DNA of 63,514 bases, the filler included, from Hyphochytrium catenoides (lineage: Eukaryota; Protista; Hyphochytriomycota): NCBI GenBank assembly GCA_900088475.1. It is 11 parts of 11 records of this genome, joined end to end, with 100 filler letters (N's around TTAATTAATTAA, not from the genome) between each part and the next. Parts side by side here need not be neighbours in the genome. Positions count along the whole stretch, not along the records: positions 5,452 to 15,166 come from FLMG01002028.1; positions 15,267 to 17,184 come from FLMG01001533.1; positions 17,285 to 29,726 come from FLMG01001177.1; 8 more parts are not named here. The stretch is one strand, 5' to 3'. How positions within the stretch are numbered: position 1 is the first letter of the stretch; each line of letters starts with the position of its first letter. Below are positions 11,669 to 23,084 of the stretch, piece after piece. The position numbers and the translations under genes were made by a program. The notes below the pieces were generated by a model, which worked only from the letters and a program-made list of their open reading frames with translations, was not told the DNA's origin and searched no databases.

Positions 11669-12370
11669 AGAGAGAGAAAGAGAGAGAGAGAGAAGTGGTC
11701 TCGAAGTAGCAGCGTCTTCATATCCTTCTCTCGCGTGTAGGCCTCACACTTTTCCTTGTTTGTTTCTTTTCCTATCCCCCTCAGCAGCTCTCTGAGGCAG
11801 CCTCCACATGGTCGGGCCCCCTCATCTCGTTACTAAGCGAGGCGGTGAGGAAGGAAACAGCGAGAAGAGAGCGATCTTCTCTCTCTTACTAAGCTTCTGC
11901 TCCTAATAACAGATCTGTGACTGACACCTGCACATAGCTGCTTAAAAGTCTTTGTCTCATCGTTAGGAAGGGTGGGGAGAAAGAAAGAGAAGGGAAAGGA
12001 ATAAGAGAAAGAGAAGACGAAAGATGGGCACCCTTAGGGTGTTTCCCATAGTCTGTGTAGCGTGAGGCAGAGACGGGAGAAACCAGTAAGGGAGAGGTAG
12101 AATCAGACATCGCTCCTCGAAAGCAGGAAGAGAGAGAGAGATCGTCGAAGACAAAACGAAAGAAGACAAAGCTGTCAAGAGCGGAGTGAACTAGTGTTGA
12201 TGCCAAGAGGAGCAATATATTAGCATAAGGCACTATGTACAAGCGTAGAGAAGCTAAGTCTCCCCGCCCATAGAAGGGAGAGAAAACTTAAAAAGAGACA
12301 GTGGCACCATTGAGAGCAAAAGAGAGAGAGAGAGAGAGAGGAAAAACGGGAAGAGAGATGTGCAGAAACG

Positions 12371-13933
12371 CTAAGTGCTTTCTCCTTGGAGAAGAAGATC
12401 CTTCAGATTCTGCAGCCGTTTGCAAGTGGAGAGAAGAGAAGCCGCGGACCTTCCATCCAAATATGGAAGAACTTGAGGCGCTACCTCTGCTACTGGTCGT
12501 CTCCTCCCTCTTAGAGTCACTACTCGTTTCTGACGCTTGAGGGAAGGCGCAGAGTCTGTCTCTCCCTTCTCTCGCGCTCTCTTCTCTCTCCTGCTAGGCC
12601 CCAGATATGAAAAGGAGAAAACACGGTTTCCAGCTCTCCCTCTCCCTCTTTCGCCTTCTCCCTGAACTTCTCTAAGAGCAGTACTGAAGAGAGCAAAAGG
12701 GCGACAACTGGAGAGGAGAGAGGCCCAACTTCTCCCGTCTAACATGTCTTTCACTCCTAAGAGAATCTTAGAGAGAACATCCTCACTAGACAACGGAGGA
12801 AGCGACTCCAGAGACTGAAGAGAGAAAGAGAACTGAGAGAGAGAGCTATCTCGGAAGAGGATGCGCTGGGAAGAGGACAGTGGGAGAGAAAGTCTTGAAG
12901 TCATAGGAAGAAGCGATGCTTTTCTTCCCTCCCTCTCCAATGAGCCCGCGGAGGAAGAGAGAGAAGCTTGAAGAGGAGAGAGAGAAGGTTGAACGGGCAG
13001 CTGTTCTGCTCCCGAAAGAGAGTAGAGAGACGGTTGAGAGAGAGAGTTTCTCTTCTCCAAGTTGCACGTCATCACCCGGGAGAAGCTCCCCAAAGTCCTA
13101 AGATCTAACATGACAGAGAACCAATCGAGCCCTCCACCTCCCCGAGAGAGAGACGGTTCTCTCCTTATCTCATTGTTCTCTCTCGGGGAGCCATGAGATG
13201 GCGGGAGAGAAGATGCAGGAGTGAGTGTAGGAGGAGGAGAGAGAAGAGGAGCAGTACTGGAGGGAGAAGAGGGAGCGTTCGATGGACGGGCAAGAGAAGA
13301 AGAGCGAAAGGAAGAAGGTAAAGGCGCCTCTATGGAAGGAGGAGCTGTCGCATGCTCTCTCTCTTCAGAAATCTCTCTCTCTCTCTCTCTTCCTCCGCCA
13401 GAACTGAGAGAAGAGAGCTCCTCTTGCTCCTTACTCGCGGCGATTGATGCTGCCAAGGCCAAGCTATTGAGACTTCCAGAGAAGCTGCGACCGGCTAAGC
13501 GAAGAAAGTGGTGCTCGTCATCCTCTTCTTCCTCGTCTTCTTCTTCTTCACTTCTCTCTCTCTCTTCCTCCCAATCGAGGCTCTCTCTCTCCTTTCTCTT
13601 ATTCAACAAATGTCGCCTGCCTCGGAGGTCTCTCTCGCTTTGTTGCCGTGGGTCTCTCCTCTCGAGAGAACGTCTGAGGATCTTCACAGTCTTCTTCCCT
13701 GTTTGTTGAATCTTCCACCGGTCAAGCTCCGCAGCTGTTGGTGTCCCTTCCGCCTCGGCTAGGGCTGAAGAGAGAGAGAGAGAACCATTTCTTCTCTCTC
13801 TGTTCCTTCTCTCTTTGTTGCTGCCGCCATTTTCTCTCTCCACGGCTGTCTTGGATATCCGAAAGCACTTCCTCCCTGTCTGCGTGATCTCAAATTGGAA
13901 GCCCATCACCGGAAGGGCAGAAGGAGAGGCCAT
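12371..13933 (-). CDS. 520-aa low-complexity protein with two C-terminal F-box-like motifs
   Basis: Long ATG-initiated ORF. Duplicated motif LPPLSSEDVLSKILLGVKDMLDGRSWASLLSSCRPF / VAEVAPQVLPYLDGRSAASLLSTCKRL. Duplicated N-terminal motif FEITQTGRKCFRI / WKIQQTGKKTVKI. Confidence 0.6.
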   Translation of the reverse strand: MASPSALPVMGFQFEITQTGRKCFRISKTAVERENGGSNKERRNRERRNGSLSLSSALAEAEGTPTAAELDRWKIQQTGKKTVKILRRSLERRDPRQQSERDLRGRRHLLNKRKERESLDWEEERERSEEEEDEEEEDDEHHFLRLAGRSFSGSLNSLALAASIAASKEQEELSSLSSGGGREREREISEEREHATAPPSIEAPLPSSFRSSSLARPSNAPSSPSSTAPLLSPPPTLTPASSLPPSHGSPRENNEIRREPSLSRGGGGLDWFSVMLDLRTLGSFSRVMTCNLEKRNSLSQPSLYSLSGAEQLPVQPSLSPLQASLSSSAGSLEREGRKASLLPMTSRLSLPLSSSQRILFRDSSLSQFSFSLQSLESLPPLSSEDVLSKILLGVKDMLDGRSWASLLSSCRPFALFSTALREVQGEGERGRGRAGNRVFSFSYLGPSRREKRAREKGETDSAPSLKRQKRVVTLRGRRRPVAEVAPQVLPYLDGRSAASLLSTCKRLQNLKDLLLQGEST

Positions 13934-14533
13934 GGTGTCCTGTCAATCTCTCTCTCTCTCTCTCTCTCCCTCTCTTTCTTGCTCGCTTGAGTGTCCACGT
14001 CTTCTGTTTCTCTATTGGTAATATCACGGGTGGAGTTCTAAAGCATGTCTTCCCTTTCGCTCTCACCTTTCTGCAGTGAGAGAGACCTTGACCTTTCCTC
14101 CAGGCAATCAGCGAGAGAGAGAGAGAGGACCTTGCCAGTCTCCATTCCCTTCTCAAAGAGCTGCGTCCAATGTTTCTCTCTCTCTTTCTCTTCTCCTCTT
14201 TTCTTGGCTCCGCTCCCGAAGCTAAAACTCCTTTGTCTGCAACTGCAGTTGTTTGGGCACTGTGGTTAAGAAGCACGTAGCTTCTCTAGAGTTCGATTTC
14301 TCTCTCTCTCTCTCAGTCTCTCCCCCTTTCATAAAGACAATCCTCTCTCCATCGTCTCTCTCCTGTTTCATAAGGCTGATGTCACTCTGTCAGCGCGAGC
14401 TTCTGATCGCGGGTTCCCGCCGCGGCATCAAGAGAGAGGAGAGATGTGGCCTGTCAAAGGGGAGAGATGTTCTCACATTCGCTCTTTCTACTTTGATCAA
14501 GCCTTCTTTACTCTTTTTCTCTCTCTCGCGCTC

Positions 14534-14582
<49 letters not shown>

Positions 14583-14603
14583 TCCTGCCTGTCTGTCTGT
14601 CTG

Positions 14604-14634
<31 letters not shown>

Positions 14635-15266
14635 TGTTCTCTCTCTCTTTGTTCTCTCTCTCTTGTTTTCTCTGTCTGCTCCTCTGTTTCTCTTTCGCTC
14701 GCTCTTTTTTGTTGACTTTTACATAAATACCCAGGAACTTGCATCTCTCTCTCTCTCTCTTGAATCTCTCTCCCACTCACTCTCTCTGTCTCTGTCTCAC
14801 TTCCCCTTCTCCCTCCGTGTCCAGGAGTGAATGACTGGGCAACAGACAGAGTGAGAGGAACGGAACTTTCCCTTCCTATAATAATCATACCGTTCAACCG
14901 AAAGCAACACAACTTCTCAAAGAAATATCTCCCCGAACCTCCCAAAGCAAGGAGTAGAGTTGAACAAATAGGTTTTGATATTTGTAATCCGAAAATAGGA
15001 TTGTCAACCAAATCTAAAGTCAAAGTCAAATTCGGCTCCTGGGTCCGTGGAGTGAAGGTCTTGGTCCCGTTGAAGAGGTTTTCTCGGTCCTCATCACAAG
15101 TTAACGGCTCTTACTTTTCAAATATTCCTGCACTTCTTCCTCCGAGTCCACCTCTCTCTCTCTCTCNNNNNNNNNNNNNNNNNNNNNNNNNNNNNNNNNN
15201 NNNNNNNNNNTTAATTAATTAANNNNNNNNNNNNNNNNNNNNNNNNNNNNNNNNNNNNNNNNNNNN

Positions 15267-15401
15267 TTGCGGACTATTCACAGGCAGGTTAGCGCAGGGC
15301 TTGAAAGAAGGAGCATAACGGAGAGACACGGTATCTGAAGACAGAAGGAAAGTTATCAAAGACAGAGAAAGAGTGTGAGAGAGAGAGAGAGAGAGAGAGA
15401 G

Positions 15402-15432
<31 letters not shown>

Positions 15433-15981
15433 TTTACCCAGGAGACAACGAGGGCTCCTAGGCTTAGAACTCTTGTGAGACAGATAGCAGGACAGGAGGG
15501 AGAGAGAGTAAAAGAGACCTCTGTGGCGGCAGCGTTTACCTGGGACGAAGGAGCACTTCAGAGCCAGCGCCAGTGGCGCCGCAAAGATGAACCCTCGAGA
15601 CTCACAGCCCGCCACATGCGTGATCTTTTGATCCCGATAACGGCGGGCGAACGCGTCGATCACCAGCTGGAAGGCTGACGGGTCTAGGAGCAGCGTCGTG
15701 ATGTCCCTGGAAGAGAGAAAGAGCCGCGTGAGAAACAGTACGAAGAGTTCTTTGCCTTGTGACAACACAAGTCAGAGAGAGACGGAGATAGAGATAGAGA
15801 GAAACGGGGAGAGAGAGAGAGAGAGAGCAAGAGCAAAGAGAGAGAGAGAGAGAGAGAGAGAAAAGAAAGAGAGAGAGAGACCAGACCTGAACTGGAAGCC
15901 GGGTCTCGGAAAGTTAGGAATGGTCCTTATCTCTCTTCTGAGAAGCTTGTCCATCTGTGCGTAGGAGCTTGTTCGCACCAT
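15267..15981 (-). CDS. APRT: Adenine phosphoribosyltransferase, 3' truncated at contig end
   Basis: Exons 15981-15887, 15706-15540 and 15273-15267 splice to [24 protein letters not shown]...VAGCESRGFIFAAPLALALKCSFVPVRK. GT-AG sites, with a gctaac branch point before exon 3. Confidence 0.93.
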
Positions 15982-17819
15982 GGCTGGGTCCTCCGTCCGC
16001 CGACGCGGCCACTGCGGAGAGAGAACCTCAGGAGATTCACAGCAGAAATCTTCAATAAGATTCATTCTGAGAGAGACAGAGAGAGAGAGAGAGAGAGACT
16101 GAGGGAAGAGAGAGAGATCGAGCGAAGAGAGAGATGGCAGCGATTATTGGCTGGGTTGGTTGCTCTTCAAGTGGCGGTGGGGACACAAGCGGGGCGCTCG
16201 AGAGCAAGAGGCAGGTAAGCGATGTGGGGAGAAAATGGCAGTGAGTCCATTTATGGAGAGAGGGAAGGAGGCTCCATCCAGGCACTGCCCACTCACAGGG
16301 TGGCATTGGACACAAGCAGAGAGAAAAGAGTACATGGCGAGTGAGAGGACAGAGAAGTGAGAGATGAGACAGAGAGAGAGAGAGAGAGAAAGAATCAAGC
16401 CTGTGCCTGGAGAAGACTGTCCAGCTACGAAGATTCGTCTCCTTTGACTACCTTTATTTATCTCTTCAGTTAGTTCACTAGAAGGAAAGGTCATTAGCAC
16501 CAGCAGGTGCAGCTGCTTTGACCAGCCAGCAGCCCGGGCCGAGGGCACCAAGAGGAAGGAGGACCAGGTGGTCATTGTACACTGACGAACAGATGGCGGA
16601 GGGAAAGGAGCGCAGACTGTAGCAGCGATGGAGGACACAAAGGAGAGCAGCAGCAGGGGAGGAAAACAGCGCGAGAAGAGACGAGAGAGAGAACGACAGA
16701 GAGATAAGAGAAAGACGGAAGAGAGAGAGAGAGAAGAGAGAAAGAAGAGAGAAAGCTGCTCGTAGGAGTAAAGAAGCAACAGATGCTTTCCCGGGATGAT
16801 GGATGACAAGGCACGACAGGAGAAGGTCAGCGGTGTGCCAGCCAGGCAAGACAAACAGCAGCAGCAGCGGCAACCCAAGATGATTGTGCTCAAGCAGACA
16901 TACAGAGAGGAAACAGAGAGAGGATGAGGGGAGGGAGAGAGAGACAGAGACCTATAGAGGAGAGAGCGAGAGAGAGAGAGAGACAGAGAAAGAGAGCGGG
17001 AGAGAGAGAGAGAGAGAAAGAATAGGGAGAGAGATTTCTGTTAGGAGGCAGGAAGGAACAACAATCGATTCCTAGATACCGGGAAAGAGGCGGTTAGCGG
17101 CTATGTTGAGGTACATAAGGTGCGAGAATGTGATCTTCTGTAGTACGTAAGAGAGAGAGAGAGAGAGGCAGAGAGAGAGAGAGANNNNNNNNNNNNNNNN
17201 NNNNNNNNNNNNNNNNNNNNNNNNNNNNTTAATTAATTAANNNNNNNNNNNNNNNNNNNNNNNNNNNNNNNNNNNNNNNNNNNNTCCACTAGATAATGTC
17301 CTCCGTCTTGCGGAGGAAGGAGACCAAACTGGAGGAGGGTTATACCCCGCCAGTGGTCCCTGGCGCTTCAGCTGGACCTGTGACTGGTTCTTCATCCTCA
17401 GGCTCGGTGAGTGATGGCTGATCTGTGCTCTAGTGTCGCTTTCTAAGGCTGACCTTCGCAGTGTGCCCAATTTCTTCACTGGTCTATCCTTGTCTTGTTG
17501 CTCCGTCTATCCGTCTCTCTCCGTCCCCGGGTGTAGTCGCTTCTGAGGGCGACCATTCCCTTAAGTTCGTCTACTTGTCCCCTTGTCGGCACGCCTTGGC
17601 TATCACCTTGTTTTCCTGTTGGTTCTGGTCTAAGACGCATGGCTTCCTCTACATTGACTCTCATGTTTGTCTCACGCATATGCCAGCTTGACTCCGTGTC
17701 ATGGAAGCAATACCAGCCAGAAGAACGTACGTAGCTATTGCCCTCCTCCACCACCCACAAAGCTCTTCTATCGCTGTCGTCACTTCATTTCCACTGCTTC
17801 CTTCATTTGCATCTGACGA

Positions 17820-17945
17820 CGTGTTTTACTCCTCCCGTGCCCGTGGGTCAGTCAATATTGCTTATGTCTCTTCTCTGTTAGAGTCCTTCTGAATTTAGAC
17901 CCGGTAGAGCCTTCCTTTTAGCTTTCTATGTGATAGCGCTAGCCC
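17820..17945 (-). pseudogene. Possible decayed J-domain (DnaJ) fragment
   Basis: EET*AILTDPRAREE*N resembles J-domain helix III/IV (EAYEVLSDPEKRxxYD), with a frameshifted RYH..K upstream and in-frame stops. Confidence 0.25.
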
Positions 17946-17979
17946 TCCTTCTAATTCTCTGCTCCAATGGACAACAGCC

Positions 17980-18272
17980 TCCGCCTTAGCGAGTGTGAAA
18001 GGGGTCACGGGGAGTGCCGCTGTGGGTGCTCTTGTTGGGACGGTAATGCTTGGGCCAGTTGGGGCCGTCNNNNNNNNNNNNNNNNNNNNNNNNNNNNNNN
18101 NNNNNNNNNNNNNNNNNNNNNNNNNNNNAGAGCGACTGGGACGGCGGCGCTCAGCGGTGCTAAAGCGGCTGGAGAGGCTGCCATCGCCAGGACTGGAAAC
18201 TACATCAGTGAGGTCGTCATGACTGGCGGCAAGCGTACACCAGCAAGAGGTTTTGCGGAACTGAAGAAATGA
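17980..18272 (+). CDS. Small glycine-zipper membrane protein fragment, interrupted by an N gap
   Basis: GSAAVGALVGTVMLGPVGAV...RATGTAALSGAKAAGEAA shows a GxxxG zipper followed by an amphipathic helix. Confidence 0.4.
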
Positions 18273-18501
18273 AGGGACTTCCCCGACTTCTGCTAAAGAA
18301 AGCGGACAATGAGACCGACAGGCGAGCGAGGTTCGAAGGACCAGAAATGCCAACATCAGTCATATATTTATTAAGGTGGGCGGCCCCAACGGGAGGACAG
18401 GCTAGTGTTACATGGCTCCCACTGGATAACTCTATGAAAACGGAGATAATGTGACAGACTTCCACATCAAGAATAAATAGACATAGGGCGCCTCTTTACC
18501 C

Positions 18502-20025
18502 TCATAATTCACCCTTTGTCTCCTCCTGTAAATCTCTCTCTAATCTGCAAATGTCCACCTCGCCCCTTGGACTTTCTCCTTCGAAGTCATGAACGATGGT
18601 GCTGGGAGTATTGATAGCCCCAAAGGACTCAAAGTGGTCGGGGTCTAGATAGCTCTCATCGTTCACGAGGGGCTGTACGGTGGACTGATAGTAAGAAGGA
18701 GACATTGGGCCAATGTCAGCCAAAGAAATGATTCGGTGACCGGAATGGGGGCCGACCGCGACCTCTGGTTCGCCTTCAGGCCGCGGGGTGTTGACCTCCC
18801 AGTACTCAAAGTCAGTGTCATAAAACTGTGGCTCCTCTGGGATCTTCTTGTGATAGTGACGGTAGACCATCAGCACTGTCACACCTAGCGCTGTCACAAC
18901 AAAGACAAACCCGAATATGGATAGACCATAGCCCCACTTAGGAAATTCGCTCGAGTCTGAGTTCAGTCGCTCCTCTGAGGTGCTCTCGCCCGTCACAGGC
19001 TGGCTAATCGGGATATCAGGATACCCAGGCGATGGGCTCCGCTCGATAGGTATGACGATACTCTCGGACGAAGGAGGCCCCTCCTGACTGGCGACAGAGT
19101 TGGAAGCAGGAGAGCCAGTAGTAAGTGTCAGTGTCGGACTTGCCATATTTATCTGTCCCCCAGAAAGAGCGTTATCCTGCTGTTGCTTTTGTCCTGCGGA
19201 CTCGCTCGTGCTGACACTTCTCTCCCCGTCAGGAGGTAATTGTGTGAGGGTCGCATCACCATTGACGCCCATGTCTAACGCGCAGGAGATACCAGATGGT
19301 GACCACCATGTGCCATCCACCTGTTGCTGGCAGCCCTGAGCAGAGCACCGGCATGCAACAGGGGTAAAGCAATCCTTCACACAACGCAGCTCTAGCGAAC
19401 CTAGTGACGATGAGGTTGACTTGTTGGCAGTTGACAGAGTGTAGAGTAAGGAGCCTGAGGCTCGCTTCTGTCCTAAAACTGTGAAAAGAGTGTCGCCTCT
19501 GAGGTCCTTGTTCTCTTTGCTTTGGCAGTGGGAGCTATCTTCAAGAAAGCGAAACTCCGAAGGTGTAGTTGTGGCAGGAAATGGGAAGATAGGGAGAGGG
19601 ATACCGCTGTTGGCCTTCACTACCCGTTCAACGTTAAGCTCGGCTTCACCGACGCGTTCACAAACCGAGATCTCTGAGCTTCCCCCATTATTAAACTTAA
19701 GATTGTTGATGCCAGGCTGGCACATAGGAACAGACATGTTAACTTTGACATCGCCGTCTTTCGAGCAGAAAACACCAAAGCCACCGCTCTCTTGACTGAA
19801 TGACGGCGACGGGAGCCATCCGCTTTGACAGAAGTAGGGAAGGTAGGAACCAGGAGCAACGTTGGTTGTTGCCCAGCAGTCCTTTGAGTGGTCTCCGGTA
19901 GCACAAAGGAGACCTGGATTCTTGCTCACGTCGGGGAAGGGGCATTCTAGGCTCTGAACCCTCGAGAAAACGATAAATAGAGCTGCTCCCGTAGCAGCAG
20001 CGAAGTTCATGCCACGAACAGACAT
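18502..20025 (-). CDS. Type I membrane protein, 507 aa: signal peptide, Cys-rich ectodomain (possible sushi/CCP-like module), Ser/Pro stalk, one TM helix, Tyr-containing tail
   Basis: Intronless ORF with a hydrophobic N-terminus ending VQSLEC. CPFP...YFCQSGW...FCSKDG...VPMC pattern. TM WGYGLSIFGFVFVVTALGVTVLMVY followed by basic RHYHKK. Confidence 0.8.
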   Translation of the reverse strand: MSVRGMNFAAATGAALFIVFSRVQSLECPFPDVSKNPGLLCATGDHSKDCWATTNVAPGSYLPYFCQSGWLPSPSFSQESGGFGVFCSKDGDVKVNMSVPMCQPGINNLKFNNGGSSEISVCERVGEAELNVERVVKANSGIPLPIFPFPATTTPSEFRFLEDSSHCQSKENKDLRGDTLFTVLGQKRASGSLLYTLSTANKSTSSSLGSLELRCVKDCFTPVACRCSAQGCQQQVDGTWWSPSGISCALDMGVNGDATLTQLPPDGERSVSTSESAGQKQQQDNALSGGQINMASPTLTLTTGSPASNSVASQEGPPSSESIVIPIERSPSPGYPDIPISQPVTGESTSEERLNSDSSEFPKWGYGLSIFGFVFVVTALGVTVLMVYRHYHKKIPEEPQFYDTDFEYWEVNTPRPEGEPEVAVGPHSGHRIISLADIGPMSPSYYQSTVQPLVNDESYLDPDHFESFGAINTPSTIVHDFEGESPRGEVDICRLERDLQEETKGEL

Positions 20026-22414
20026 CTTCTGGTTTCACTAATGCCAAGCCAATACTGAAGACGTAGATGCATAGCCGAGCAGCAGTATCTCAATCCTTAG
20101 AAAAATCAGACTGCCGAGAATTCCACGCAGATTACGGAGATTCAACAATCACTACGTGCACTTGAAAAAGACAAGAGAGCACCTTTCTCCGACCGCTAAA
20201 ATTCACTTCTGTTTGGTACTAAGAGGTCATCGCTTTCTCTCAGCCAGCAAGTGCCAGGCGCCACGACTGTGAGCTATATTAAGCTCCCAGCTACCTTCAA
20301 GGCTTGTACCTTCCTTCCCTTGTGTGCCGAGGGGCTGTCGGGTGGAGTTGCTGGGCCGGTAGGATGATAGATCATGATGGCGTGCTGATGCTGCTGATGA
20401 AATGCAGTCTGCAAACAACTCGCGTCTGTCTCAAGAACTAAGATCGGATTGCCCGATCGTCGGTGTCCAATGTCCATTGGTCGATAGATAAAGGATAGAA
20501 GGCTCGCTATGAAAGGCAAGAGTTCCGGTCTCAAGAAAGAACCATAGAAAATTGAGAGTTGGGCTGTCATGACGCTGGCGTGCGGGCACCATCAGCAGGC
20601 CCAAGCGCCAAAAGGGCAACATTGCCAGTTTATGCGACAAGATCAGGGCCATAAGGTGACCATTTCAAATACAAAGTGAAGGTAAAAAGGGCCATAAACA
20701 CGAATCGTAGTTTTACGGAAATATAGGAGGCGGATTTCTATTCACCGTAAGGGCAAAGCCATGGCGTTATGCGATTATCTCCGGTCGATAGGGTACGACT
20801 TAGGCACAAACTGTTGTTGTTATGTGCGCTTTGTGATGTGTGTGTGTGCAGTTATAAAGTGCCTGCATCACCCCTGCCATTCATGGAGGGCAAGGTTTCT
20901 ACTGATACACGGGCGCTAATGTTATCTACTGGCTATCTTAGGGAGCGGCTGGCCGCGACAGACACATTTGATGACAGTCCAGCCTTCAGACTAACAACCA
21001 TCACAGAGTCAGGCACCACTACTACGGAAGAGATAGCCCACGCCTCTATTAGCCTGCGTATGACTACTGCCGGTGTAGGTCTGGTATCCCGCAGCCTCTG
21101 CCCACTGACGCCAGCAACCCCCTGACGACCCGAAAGATTGAAAAGTACCGAGAATGTTTCTTTAACCAAGCTCTTATATACATTATTACCCTGAAAGGAA
21201 AGAAACAATAATTGAAGGCTTCCTACGCTCAGCGAAGATTGTTGGATGTTTTTGGCGCGGAGCGCAGAATCTCGCGCCAGCGGGCACGCCAGACAGTTGT
21301 ACTTCCAGGCCTTTGAACCCGCGTCCTGCAGTAAGCGGGCCCAAGGCCAAACCGAGGGGTTAGCACTGAAAATTACTGAGACTTCCGGCTTCTTCTCTGT
21401 CTCTTTCAGACAGAACTTCGTTATTTGAACAAGTGTGCCGAAGCTGAGAAGAAGCCGTCCAAGGCCCTCCTCCTCCGCCTGCTGCTCATCAGGCGACACA
21501 TTCTCTATCTCTGGTTGGCGATTGATGATGCTGATCTCTCATCCCTTCCAAAGATTCTCTTTTTAGAAGATCCGGGGATTCCGCTGTTTGGAGAAGTTCA
21601 CGTGCTCCTCCTCCACATAGTTCTAGCTTGCACTTGTTGTTTGAGACTCCCTGATCTGAATATCCCTCGCTCGATAATTCTCAAATACTGATTTGTCTCC
21701 TCTCTTATTAGACGTTGACGACTAATCTCCCCTTTTGGTGCGACCGAGGCGATTGATAGAACTCGATGGAAGTACAGGTCGCCCAGCGTCGACCACTGCA
21801 GCATCCTGCCATCCTGCCTTCGTGTCGCTGAAGCCATTTCATCTGGCTCCGACAGTAGCTATCGCCATTTAGCCGACCTAACGCCCCCTATCTGGTAGCT
21901 TCCGACAGCACATTCTTCTTTCTTGTTCTGGGCGTAGATAGGTAGTCTTCCTCCTTTGTGACGCTGCTCCTATTCTTACCTGTTTACTCCTTGTTCTTGA
22001 CGTAGTTCTACCGTGAATGAATATATCATCCACCGATCCCTAATGGGCAGGGGCGGAGCTGAACGCAAAGGGTCGTGCACTGTACTAATGGCCAACAGTC
22101 AGGGAGCTACATCGATCGCTTCTCTCGACCGCAAGAGGCACAACGGTCATGGTTACTAGGAGTACGTTGTAACAGTAAATAGAGAANNNNNNNNNNNNNN
22201 NNNNNNNNNNNNNNNNNNNNNNNNNNNNNNNNNNNNNNNNNNNNCTCTCTTTCACCTTTGGAGAGAGTCACAACATTAGGTGCAACTGCGGCCCCTTATT
22301 AAGAGGACGAAAGGCGGAGCTTGGCTTTCAAGAGCTAGACCTGCACAATCTAGGCTCTTTCTGTCGTTAGCTTTTAATATGACCTTGGCATGCGAGAAGA
22401 GAGGTCTTATAAAG

Positions 22415-22762
22415 CTATGGGGCAGGATTTTCCTTCTTCGACCAACCAATGAGATATGTAGCTGGGGTGGGTACAATGACTCCTTTATTGACCAAAAGAC
22501 GAATGGCTCCCTTAGGCATTGGTTGTGCTTCAGCAGACATGTCCAGCTCCGGTCTCAACTCCCCTCCTGGGTACCAGTTATTACCCCTATGGGAACGAGG
22601 ATACCAGGATGATAAAGTGATAGATGTATAATAGGAACTTCCGTTGATTACATGGTCATGATACTTTTGGTCGATGGAGTCATCTATGTAAGCAACTAGG
22701 TTTCGTAAGGTCACTGATTGCAGAGAACGGGCCATCGTCTTTGGTTGCAGAGGGCGGGCCAT
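22415..22762 (-). CDS. Hypothetical protein (115 aa, or a terminal exon)
   Basis: Non-repetitive ORF with protein-like composition; no motif recognised. Confidence 0.3.
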   Translation of the reverse strand: MARPLQPKTMARSLQSVTLRNLVAYIDDSIDQKYHDHVINGSSYYTSITLSSWYPRSHRGNNWYPGGELRPELDMSAEAQPMPKGAIRLLVNKGVIVPTPATYLIGWSKKENPAP

Positions 22763-23084
22763 CGTCAGAGCAGCAGTTATGGGACTGATCTATTGGGGCA
22801 GCTGTACACTATTTGTTATTGCTTCTTAGAGCTCTGCAACCCGGATTGCAGTAGCCCTAACTCCTAGGCGTCACATGGGTCACTGACCTTGGCACTTCCT
22901 AGCACCCATTGCCGCTATATAGAGAGAGCATGGAAACGTATCCCAGCCATTGACTTATCTAGGATAGCTATATTTATGGTACAAGATCCGTTATTGCATA
23001 GGATGGCTCTCAATCGGCTCTGTGTTGCTGAGATGCGAACTTTTCGGGATAACTAAGAGTAGCTTCTTTTTTGCTGCCATTTTA

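Noticed and set aside
14875-15125. AT-richer island, possibly a DNA-transposon end or organellar insertion
   Set aside because: No second terminus and no recognisable coding or RNA motif before the contig ends.
9329-15981. metE-APRT methionine/adenine salvage gene cluster
   Set aside because: The two genes are on different contigs, separated by the artificial spacer at 15167-15266.
17820-17875. UAA-to-Tyr stop-codon reassignment, suggested by two TAA codons at Tyr positions of a J-domain-like motif
   Set aside because: metE and UTP4 end on TAA at the expected positions, intact genes have no internal TAA, and the fragment is also frameshifted, so pseudogene decay explains it.
20769-21837. 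Several medium ORFs on both strands
   Set aside because: No consistent spliced model or recognisable domain.
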